Assembly: GCF_009914755.1 (NCBI RefSeq) | Contig: NC_060947.1 | Length of the DNA stretch: 64,000 nucleotides | DNA from: the human T2T-CHM13v2.0 reference genome, Homo sapiens | Direction: 5' to 3' (one strand) | In this document: positions 25,401 to 37,400 of the stretch, one piece after another | Position numbering within the stretch: the stretch's first letter is position 1 | Layout of the letters: the number at the start of each line of letters is the position of its first letter | Position numbers and translations under genes: made by a program | The notes under the pieces: generated by a model | Seen by the model: only the letters and a program-made list of their open reading frames with translations | Told to the model about the DNA's origin: nothing | Database searches by the model: none

Positions 25401-28400
25401 ACTCCATGAGTTGAATGCCATCCTCACAAAGTCGTTTCTGAGAATGCTTCTATCTAGTTTTTATGTGAAGATATTTCCTTTTCCACCACAGGCCTCAAAG
25501 CCCTCCAAACGTCCACTTGCAGATTCTCGAAAAAGAGTGTTTCATAGCTGCTCTTTCAAAAGGAAAGTTCAACTCTGGGAGTTGAATACAAACATCACAA
25601 AGTAGTTTCCGAGAATGCTTCTGTTTAGTTCTTCTGTGAAGATGATCCCGTTTCCAGTGAAACCTTCAAAGAGGTCCACATATCCCCTTGCAGATTCCAA
25701 AGAAAGAGGGTTTCAAAACTGCTCCATCAAAAGGATTGTTCAACTCTGTGAGTTGAATGCAGTCATCGCAGAAAACTTTCTGAGAATGCTTCTGTCTAGG
25801 TTTGATGTGAAGATATAGACGTTTCAAACGAACGCTACAAAGTGGTCAAAATATACACTTGCAGATTCTACTACAAGGGTGATGCAAACCTGAACTATCA
25901 AAGGAAGGTTCAACTCTGTGAGTTGAATACAAACATCACAAAGAATGTTCTGAGTTTGCTTCCGTTCAGTTATGGGAAGTTGATCCCGTTTCCAACGAAA
26001 TCCTCAGAGAGGTCCAAATATCCCCTTGCAGATTCTACAAAACGTGTGTTTGGAAACTGCTCCATCATAACGAATGTTCAGCTCTCTGAGTTAAACTCCA
26101 TCGTCACAAAGAATTTTCTGAGGGTGCTACCGTCTAGTTTTTATATGAAGTTCTTTCCTTTACTACCACAGGCCTCAAAGCGGTCCAAATCTCCACTTGC
26201 AGATTCTACAAAAAGAGTGTTTGCAAACTGCTCTATCAAAAGGAATGTTCAACTCTGGGAGTTGAATGCAATCATCACAGAGCAGTTTCTGAGAAGGCTT
26301 CTATGTGGTTTTTAGGAGAAGATATTTCCTTTTCCAACACAGTCCTCCAAGCCCGCTAAATATCCACTTGCACATTGTAGAAAAAGTGTGTCGAAGCTGC
26401 GCTATCAAAGGGAAAGTTCAACTCTGTGAGGTGAATGCAAACATCCCAAAGAAGTTTCTGAGAATGCTTCCGTTTAGCTTTTAGGTGAAGATTATCCCGT
26501 TTCCAACGAAATCTTCAAAGAGGTCCAAATATCCCCTTGCGGATCCCACAGAAAGAGTGTTTCGAAACTGCTGTTTCAAAAGGAATCTTCAACTCTGTGA
26601 GTTGAATGCAATCATCACAAAGAAGTTTCTGACAATGCTTCTCTCTCGTCTTTCTGTGAAGATAAAGGAAAAGGCTTTCAGGCCTTTTCCACCACAGGCC
26701 TGAAAGCGCTCCAAATGTCCACTTGCAGATTCTGCCAAAAGAATATTTCAAAACTGCTCTATGAAAAGCAATGTTAAACTCTGTGGCTCGAACACAAACA
26801 TCACAAAGCAGTTTCTGAGAATGCTTCAGTTTAGTTTTTCTGTGGAAATATTCCCGTTTCCAAAGAAATCTTCAAAGAGGTCCACGCATCCACTTACAGA
26901 TTCTACAAAAAGAGAGTTTCAAAACTGCTCAATCAAAAGGAGGGTTCAACTGTGTGACTTGAATGCAATCATCACTCTGAAGTTTCTGAGAACGCTTCTC
27001 TTTAGTTTTTACGTGAACATATACCCGTTTCGAACGAAGGCCACCCAGTGGTCCAAATATCCACTTGCAGATTCTACAGAAAGAGTGTTTCGAACCTGAA
27101 CTCTCAAAGGCAGGTTCATCTCTGCGAGTTCAATGCATTCATCATGAAGAACTTTCTCAGCGTGTTTGTGTTTAGTTATGGGAAATTATTCCCGTTTCCA
27201 ACGAAAGCCTCAGAGAGCTCCAAATATCCACCTGCAGATTCTACCAAAAGTGTATTTGGAAACTGCTCCATCAAAAGGCATGTTCAGCTCTGTGAGTGAA
27301 ACTCCATCATCACAAAGAATATTCTGAGAATGCTTCCGTTTGCCTTTTATATGAAGTTCCTTCCTATACTACCGTAGGCCTCAAAGCAGTCCAAATCTCC
27401 ATTTGCAGATTCTACAAAAAGAGTGATTCCAATCTGCTCTATCAACAGGACTGTTCAACTCCATGAGTTGAATGCCATCCTCACAAAGTCGTGTCTGAGA
27501 ATGCTTCTATCTAGTTTTTATGTGAAGATATTTCCTTTTCCACCACAGGCCTCAAAGCCCTCCAAACGTCCACTTGCAGATTCTCGAAAAAGTGTGTTTC
27601 ATAGCTGCTCTTTCAAAAGGAAAGTTCAACTCTGGGAGTTGAATACAAACATCACAAAGTAGTTTCCGAGAATGCTTCTGTTTAGTTCTTATGTGAAGAT
27701 GATCCCGTTTCCAGTGAAACCTTCAAAGAGGTCCACATATCCCCTTGCAGATTCCAAAGAAAGAGGGTTTCAAAACTGCTCCATCAAAAGGATTGTTCAA
27801 CTCTGTGAGTTGAATGCAGTCATCGCAGAAAACTTTCTGAGAATGCTTCTGTCTAGGTTTGATGTGAAGATATAGACGTTTCAAACGAAGGCTACAAAGT
27901 GGTCAAAATATACACTTGCAGATTCTACTACAAGGGTGATGCAAACCTGAACTATCAAAGGAAGGTTCAACTCTGTGAGTTGAATACAAACATCACAAAG
28001 AATGTTCTGAGTTTGCTTCCGTTCAGTTATGGGAAGTTGATCCCGTTTCCAACGAAATCCTCAGAGAGGTCCAAATATCCCCTTGCAGATTCTACAAAAC
28101 GTGTGTTTGGAAACTGCTCCATCATAACGAATGTTCAGCTCTCTGAGTTAAACTCCATCGTCACAAAGAATTTTCTGAGGGTGCTACCGTCTAGTTTTTA
28201 CATGAAGTTCTTTCCTTTACTACCACAGGCCTCAAAGCGGTCCAAATCTCCACTTGCAGATTCTACAAAAAGAGTGTTTGCAAACTGCTCTATCAAAAGG
28301 AATGTTCAACTCTGGGAGTTGAATGCAATCATCACAGAGCAGTTTCTGAGAATGCTTCTATGTCGTTTTTAGGAGAAGATATTTCCTTTTCCAACACAGT

Positions 28401-31400
28401 CCTCCAAGCCCGCTAAATATCCACTTGCACATTGTAGAAAAAGTGTGTCGAAGCTGCGCTATCAAAGGGAAAGTTCAACTCTGTGAGGTGAATGCAAACA
28501 TCCCAAAGAAGTTTCTGAGAATGCTTCCGTTTAGCTTTTAGGTGAAGATTATCCCGTTTCCAACGAAATCTTCAAAGAGGTCCAAATATCCCCTTGCGGA
28601 TCCCACAGAAAGAGTGTTTCGAAACTGCTGTTTCAAAAGGAATCTTCAACTCTGTGAGTTGAATGCAATCATCACAAAGAAGTTTCTGACAATGCTTCTC
28701 TCTCGTCTTTCTGTGAAGATAAAGGAAAAGGCTTTCAGGCCTTTTCCACCACAGGCCTGAAAGCGCTCCAAATGTCCACTTGCAGATTCTGCCAAAAGAA
28801 TAGTTCAAAACTGCTCTATGAAAAGCAATGTTAAACTCTGTGGCTCGAACACAAACATCACAAAGCAGTTTCTGAGAATGCTTCAGTTTAGTTTTTCTGT
28901 GGAAATATTCCCGTTTCCAAAGAAATCTTCAAAGAGGTCCACGCATCCACTTACAGATTCTACAAAAAGACAGTTTCAAAACTGCTCAATCAAAAGGAGG
29001 GTTCAACTGTGTGACTTGAATGCAATCATCACTCAGAAGTTTATGAGAACGCTTCTCTTTAGTTTTTACATGAACATATACCCGTTTCGAACGAAGGCCA
29101 GCCAGTGGTCCAAATATCCACTTGCAGATTCTACAGAAAGAGTGTTTCGAACCTGAACTCTCAAAGGCAGGTTCATCTCTGCGAGTTCAATGCATTCATC
29201 ATGAAGAACTTTCTCAGCGTGTTTGTGTTTAGTTATGGGAAATTATTCCCGTTTCCAAAGAAATCCTCAGAGAGCTCCAAATATCCACCTGCAGATTCTA
29301 CCAAAAGTGTATTTGGAAACTGCTCCATCAAAAGGCATGTTCAGCTCTGTGAGTGAAACTCCATCATCACAAAGAATATAATGAGAATGCTTCCGTTTGC
29401 CTTTTATATGAAGTTCCTTCCTATACTACCGTAGGCCTCAAAGCAGTCCAAATCTCCATTTGCAGATTCTACAAAAAGAGTGATTCCAATCTGCTCTATC
29501 AATAGGATTGTTCAACTCCATGAGTTGAATGCCATCCTCACAAAGTAGTTTCTGAGAATGCTTCTATCTAGTTTTTATGTGAAGATATTTCCTTTTCCAC
29601 CACAGGCCTCAAAGCCCTCCAAACGTCCACTTGCAGATTCTCGAAAAAGTGTGTTTCATAGCTGCTCTTTCAAAAGGAAAGTTCAACTCTGGGAGTTGAA
29701 TACAAACATCACAAAGTAGTTTCCGAGAATGCTTCTGTTTAGTTCTTATGTGAAGATGATCCCGTTTCCAGTGAAACCTTCAAAGAGGTCCACATATCCC
29801 CTTGCAGATACCAAAGAAAGAGGGTTTCAAAACTGCTCCATCAAAAGGAATGTTCAAGTCTGTGAATTGAATGTAGTCATTGCAGAAAACTTTCTGAGAA
29901 TGCTTCTGTCTAGGTTTGATGTGAAGATATAGACGTTTCAAACGAAGGCTACAAAGTGGTCAAAATATACACTTGCAGATTCTACTACAAGGGTGATGCA
30001 AACCTGAACTATCAAAGGAAGGTTCAACTCTGTGAGTTGAATACAAACATCACAAAGAATGTTCTGAGTTTGCTTCCGTTCACTTATGGGAAGTTGATCC
30101 CGTTTCCAACGAAATCCTCAGAGAGGTCCAAATATCCCCTTGCAGATTCTACAAAACGTGTGTTTCGAAACTGCTCCATCATAACGAATGTTCAGCTCTC
30201 TGAGTTAAACTCCATCGTCACAAAGAATTTTCTGAGAGTGCCACCGTCTCGTTTTTATATGAAGTTCTTTCCTTTACTACCACAGGCCTCAAAGCGGTCC
30301 AAATCTCCACTTGCAGATTCTACAAAAAGAGTGTTTGCAAACTGCTCTATCAAAAGGAATGTTCAACTCTGGGAGTTGAATGCAATCATCACAGAGCAGT
30401 TTCTGAGAATGCTTCTATGTCGTTTTTAGGAGAAGATATTTCCTTTTCCAACACAGTCCTCCAAGCCCGCTAAATATCCACTTGCACATTGTAGAAAAAG
30501 TGTGTCGAAGCTGCGCTATCAAAGGGAAAGTTCAACTCTGTGAGATGAATGCAAACATCCCAAAGAAGTTTCTGAGAATGCTTCCGTTTAGCTTTTAGGT
30601 GAAGATTATCCCGTTTCCAACGAAACCTTCAAAGAGGTCCAAATGTCCCCTTGCGGATCCCACAGAAAGAGTGTTTCGAAACTGCTGTTTCAAAAGGAAT
30701 CTTCAACTCTGTGAGTTGAATGCAATCATCACAAAGAAGTTTCTGACAATGCTTCTCTCTCGTCTTTGTGTGAAGATAAAGGAAAAGGCTTTCAGGCCTT
30801 TTCCACCACAGGCCTGAAAGCGCTCCAAATGTTCACTTGCAGATTCTGCCAAAAGAATTTTCAAAACTGCTCTATGAAAAGCAATGTTAAACTCTGTGGC
30901 TCGAACACAAACATCACAAAGCAGTTTCTGAGAATGCTTCAGTTTAGTTTTTCTGTGGAAATATTCCCGTTTCCAAAGAAATCTTCAAAGAGGTCCACGC
31001 ATCCACTTACAGATTCTACAAAAAGACAGTTTCAAAACTGCTCAATCAAAAGGAGGGTTCAACCGTGTGACTTGAATGCAATCATCACTCAGAAGTTTCT
31101 GAGAATGCTTCTCTTTAGTTTTTACGTGAACATATACCCGTTTCGAACGAAGGCCAGCCAGTGGTCCAAATATCCACTTGCAGATTCTACAGAAAGAGTG
31201 TTTCAAACCTGAACTCTCAAAGGCAGGTTCATCTCTGCGAGTTCAATGCATTCATCATGAAGAACTTTCTCAGTGTGTTTGTGTTTAGTTATGGGAAATT
31301 ATTCCCGTTTCCAACGAAATCCTCAGAGAGGTCCAAATATCCACCTGCAGATTCTACCAAAAGTGTATTTGGAAACTGCTCCATCAAAAGGCATGTTCAG

Positions 31401-34400
31401 CTCTGTGAGTGAAACTCCATCATCACAAAGAATATTCTGAGAATGCTTCCGTTTGCCTTTTATATGAAGTTCCTTCCTATACGACCGTAGGCCTCAAAGC
31501 AGTCCAAATCTCCATTTGCAGATTCTACAAAAAGAGTGATTCCAATCTGCTCTATCAATAGGATTGTTCAACTCCATGAGTTGAATGCCATCCTCACAAA
31601 GTAGTTTCTGAGAATGCTTCTATCTAGTTTTTATGTGAAGATATTTCCTTTTCCACCACAGGACTCAAAGCCCTCCAAACGTCCACTTGCAGATTCTCGA
31701 AAAAGAGTGTTTCATAGCTGCTCTTTCAAAAGGAAAGTTCAACTCTGGGAGGTGAATACAAACATCACAAAGTAGTTTCTGAGAATGCTTCTGTTTAGTT
31801 CTTATGTGAAGATGATCCCGTTTCCAGTGAAATCTTCAAAGAGGTCCACATATCCCCTTGCAGATTCCAAAGAAAGAGGGTTTCAAAACTGCTCCATCAA
31901 AAGGATTGTTCAACTCTGTGAGTTGAATGCAGTCATCGCAGAAAACTTTCTGAGAATGCTTCTGTCTAGGTTTGATGTGAAGATATAGACTTTTCAAACG
32001 AAGGCTACAATGTGGTCAAAATATACACTTGCAGATTCTACTACAAGGGTGTTGCAAACCTCAACTATCAAAGGAAGGTTCAACTCTGTGAGTTGAATGC
32101 AAACATCACAAAGAATGTTCTGAGTTTGCTTCCGTTCAGTTATGGGAAGTTGATGCCGTTTCCAACGAAATCCTCAGAGAGGTCCAAATATCCCCTTGCA
32201 GATTCTACAAAACGTGTGTTTGGAAACTGCTCCATCATAACGAATGTTCAGCTCTCTGAGTTAAACTCCATCGTCACAAAGAATTTTCTGAGAGTGCTAC
32301 CGTCTAGTTTTTATATGAAGTTCTTTCCTTTACTACCACAGGCCTCAAAGCGGTCCAAATCTCCACTTGCAGATTCTACAAAAAGAGTGTTTGCAAACTG
32401 CTCTATCAAAAGGAATGTTCAACTCTGGGAGTTGAATGCAATCATCACAGAGCAGTTTCTGAGAATGCTTCTATGTCGTTTTTAGGAGAAGATATTTCCT
32501 TTTCCAACACAGTCCTCCAAGCCCGCTAAATATCCACTTGCACATTGTAGAAAAAGTGTGTCGAAGCTGCGCTATCAAAGGGAAAGTTCAACTCTGTGAG
32601 GTGAATGCAAACATCCCAAAGAAGTTTCTGAGAATGCTTCCGTTTAGCTTTTAGGTGAAGATTATCCCGTTTCCAACGAAATCTTCAAAGAGGTCCAAAT
32701 ATCCCCTTGCGGATCCCACAGAAAGAGTGTTTCGAAACTGCTGTTTCAAAAGGAATCTTCAACTCTGTGAGTTGAATGCAATCATCACAAAGAAGTTTCT
32801 GACAATGCTTCTCTCTCGTCTTTCTGTGAAGATAAAGGAAAAGGCTTTCAGGCCTTTTCCACCACAGGCCTGAAAGCGCTCCAAATGTCCACTTGCAGAT
32901 TCTGCCAAAAGAATATTTCAAAACTGCTCTATGAAAAGCAATGTTAAACTCTGCGGCTCGAACACAAACATCACAAAGCAGTTTCTGAGAATGCTTCAGT
33001 TTAGTTTTTCTGTGGAAATATTCCCGTTTCGAAAGAAATCTTCAAAGAGGTCCACGTATCCACTTACAGATTCTACAAAAAGACAGTTTCAAAACTGCTC
33101 AATCAAAAGGAGGGTTCAACCGTGTGACTTGAATGCAATCATCACGCAGAAGTTTCTGAGAATGCTTCTCTTTAGTTTTTACGTGAACATATACCCGTTT
33201 CGAACGAAGGCCACCCAGTGGTCCAAATATCCACTTGCAGATTCTACAGAAAGAGTGTTTCGAACCTGAACTCTCAAAGGCAGCTTCATCTCTGCGAGTT
33301 CAATGCATTCATCATGAAGAACTTTCTCAGCGTGTTTGTGTTTAGTTATGGGAAATTATTCCCGTTTCCAACGAAATCCTCAGAGAGGTCCAAATATCCA
33401 CCTGCAGATTCTACCAAAAGTGTATTTGGAAACTGCTCCATCAAAAGGCATGTTCAGCTCTGTGAGTGAAACTCCATCATCACAAAGAATATTCTGAGAA
33501 TGCTTCCGTTTGCCTTTTATATGAAGTTCCTTCCTATACTACCGTAGGCCTCAAAGCAGTCCAAATCTCCATTTGCAGATTCTACAAAAAGAGTGATTCC
33601 AATCTGCTCTATCAATAGGATTGTTGAACTCCATGATTTGAATGCCATCCTCACAAAGTCGTTTGTGAGAATGCTTCTATCTAGTTTTTATGTGAAGATA
33701 TTTCCTTTTCCACCACAGGCCTCAAAGCCCTCCAAACGTCCACTTGCAGATTCTCGAAAAAGAATGTTTCATAGCTGCTCTTTCGAAAGGAAAGTTCAAC
33801 TCTGGGAGTTGAATACAAACATCACAAAGTAGTTTCCGAGAATGCTTCTGTTTAGTTCTTATGTGAAGATGATCCCGTTTCCAGTGAAATCTTCAAAGAG
33901 GTCCACATATCCCCTTGCAGATTCCAAAGAAAGAGGGTTTCAAAACTGCTCCATCAAAAGGATTGTTCAACTCTGTGAGTTGAATGCAGTCATCGCAGAA
34001 AACTTTCTGAGAATGCTTCTGTCTAGGTTTGAGGTGAAGATATAGACGTTTCAAACGAAGGCTACAAAGTGGTCAAAATATACACTTGCAGATTCTACTA
34101 CAAGGGTGTTGCAAACCTCAACTATCAAAGGAAGGATCAACTCTGTGAGTTGAATACAAACATCACAAAGAATGTACTGAGTTTGCTTCCGTTCAGTTAT
34201 GGGAAGTTGATCCCGTTTCCAACGAAATCCTCAGAGAGGTCCAAATATCCCCTTGTAGATTCTACAAAACGTGTGTTTGGAAACTGCTCCATCATAACGA
34301 ATGTTCAGCTCTCTGAGTTAAACTCCATCGTCACAAAGAATTTTCTGAGAGTGCTACCGTCTGGTTTTTATATGAAGTTCTTTCCTTTACTACCACAGGC

Positions 34401-37400
34401 CTCAAAGCGGTCCAAATCTCCACTTGCAGATTCTACAAAAAGAGTGTTTGCAAACTGCTCTATCAAAAGGAATGTTCAACTCTGGGAGTTGAATGCAATC
34501 ATCACAGAGCAGTTTCTGAGAATGCTTCTATGTCGTTTTTAGGAGAAGATATTTCCTTTTCCAACACAGTCCTCCAAGCCCGCTAAATATCCACTTGCAC
34601 ATTGGAGAAAAAGTGTGTCGAAGCTGCGCTATCAAAGGGAAAGTTCACCTCTGTGAGGTGAATGCAAACATCCCAAAGAAGTTTCTGAGAATGCTTCCGT
34701 TTAGCTTTTAGGTGAAGATTATCCCGTTTCCAACGAAATCTTCAAAGAGGTCCAAATATCCCCTTGCGGATCCCACAGAAAGAGTGTTTCGAAACTGCTG
34801 TTTCAAAAGGAATCTTCAACTCTGTGAGTTGACTGCAATCATCACAAAGAAGTTTCTGACAATGCATCTCTCTCGTCTTTCTGTGAAGATAAAGGAAAAG
34901 GCTTTCAGGCTTTTTCCACCACAGGCCTGAAAGCGTTCCAAATGTCCACTTGCAGATTCTGCCAAAAGAATATTTCAAAACTGCTCTATGAAAAGCAATG
35001 TTAAACTCTGTGGCTCGAACACAAACATCACAAAGCAGTTTCTGAGAATGCTTCAGTTTAGTTTTTCTGAGGAAATATTCCCGTTTCGAAAGACATGTTC
35101 AAAGATGTCCACGCATCCACTTACAGATTCTACAAAAAGACAGTTTCAAAACTGCTCAATCAAAAGGAGGGTTCAACCGTGTGACTTGAATGCAATCATC
35201 ACTCAGAAGTTTCTGAGAACGCTTCTCTTTAGTTTTTACGTGAACATATACCCGTTTCGAACGAAGGCCAGCCAGTGGTCCAAATATCCACTTGCAGATT
35301 CTACAGAAAGAGTGTTTCGAACCTGAACTCTCAAAGGCAGGTTCATCTCTGCGAGTTCAATGCATTCTAAATGAAGAACTTTCTCAGAGTGTTTGTGTTT
35401 AGGTATGGGAAATTATTCCCGTTTCCAACGAAATCCTCAGAGAGGTCCAAATATCCACCTGCAGATTCTACCAAAAGTGTATTTGGAAACTGCTCCATCA
35501 AAAGGCATGTTCAGCTCTGTGAGTGAAACTCCATCGTCACAAAGAATATTCTGAGAATGCTTCCGTTTGCCTTTTATATGAAGTTCCTTCCTATACTACC
35601 GTAGGCCTCAAAGCAGTCCAAATCTCCATTTGCAGATTCTACAAAAAGAGTGATTCCATTCTGCTCTATCAATAGGATTGTTCAACTCCATGAGTTGAAT
35701 GCCATCCTCACAAAGTCGTTTCTGAGAATGCTTCTATCTAGTTTTTATGTGAAGATATTTCCTTTTCCACCACAGGCCTCAAAGCCCTCCAAACGTCCAC
35801 TTGCAGATTCTCGAAAAAGAGTTTTTCATAGCTGCTCTTTCAAAAGGAAAGTTCAACTCTGGGAGTTGAATACAAACATCACAAAGTAGTTTCCGAGAAT
35901 GCTTCTGTTTAGTTCTTATGTGAAGATGATCCCGTTTCCAGTGAAATCTTCAAAGAGGTCCACATATCCCCTTGCAGATTCCAAAGAAAGAAGGTTTCAA
36001 AACTGCTCCATCAAAAGGATTGTTCAACTCTGTGAGTTGAATGCAGTCATCGCAGAAAACTTTCTGAGAATGCTTCTGTCTAGGTTTGAGGTGAAGATAT
36101 AGACGTTTCAAACGAAGGCTACAAAGTGGTCAAAATATACACTTGCAGATTCTACTACAAGGGTGTTGCAAACCTCAACTATCAAAGGAAGGTTCAACTC
36201 TGTGAGTTGAATACAAACATCACAAAGAATGTTCTGAGTTTGCTTCCGTTCAGTTATGGGAAGTTGATCCCGTTTCCAACGAAATCCTCAGAGAGGTCCA
36301 AATATCCCCTTGCAGATTCTACAAAACGTGTGTTTGGAAACTGCTCCATCATAACGAATGTTCAGCTCTCTGAGTTAAACTCCATCGTCACAAAGAATTT
36401 TCTGAGAGTGCTACCGTCTGGTTTTTATATGAAGTTCTTTCCTTTACTACCACAGGCCTCAAAGCGGTCCAAATCTCCACTTGCAGATTCTACAAAAAGA
36501 GTGTTTGCAAACTGCTCTATCAAAAGGAATGTTCAACTCTGGGAGTTGAATGCAATCATCACAGAGCAGTTTCTGAGAATGCTTCTATGTCGTTTTTAGG
36601 AGAAGATATTTCCTTTTCCAACACAGTCCTCCAAGCCCGCTAAATATCCACTTGCACATTGTAGAAAAAGTGTGTCGAAGCTGCGCTATCAAAGGGAAAG
36701 TTCAACTCTGTGAGGTGAATGCTAACATCCCAAAGAAGTTTCTGAGAATGCTTCCGTTTAGCTTTTAGGTGAAGATTATCCCGTTTCCAACGAAATCTTC
36801 AAAGAGGTCCAAATATCCCCTTGCGGATCCCACAGAAAGAGTGTTTCGAAACTGCTGTTTCAAAAGGAATCTTCAACTCTGTGGGTTGAATGCAATCATC
36901 ACAAAGAAGTTTCTGACAATGCTTCTCTCTCGTCTTTCTGTGAAGATAAAGGAAAAGGCTTTCAGGCCTTTTCCACCACAGGCCTGAAAGCGCTCCAAAT
37001 GTCCACTTGCAGATTCTGCCAAAAGAATATTTCAAAACTGCTCTATGAAAAGCAATGTTAAACTCTGTGGCTCGAACACAAACATCACAAAGCAGTTTCT
37101 GAGAATGCTTCAGTTTAGTTTTTCTGTGGAAATATTCCCGTTTCAAAAGAAATCTTCAAAGAGGTCCACGCATCCACTTACAGATTCTACAAAAAGACAG
37201 TTTCAAAACTGCTCAATCAAAAGGAGGGTTCAACCGTGTGACTTGAATGCAATCATCACTCAGAAGTTTCTGAGAACGCTTCTCTTTAGTTTTTACGTGA
37301 ACATATACCCGTTTCGAACGAAGGCCACACAGTGGTCCAAATATCCACTTGCAGATTCTACAGAAAGAGTGTTTCGAACCTGAACTCTCAAAGGCAGGTT

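Noticed and set aside
30766-31212. Unique longer 148-aa ORF
   Set aside because: It is created by a single 1-bp deletion near 30858 that joins two chance reading frames.
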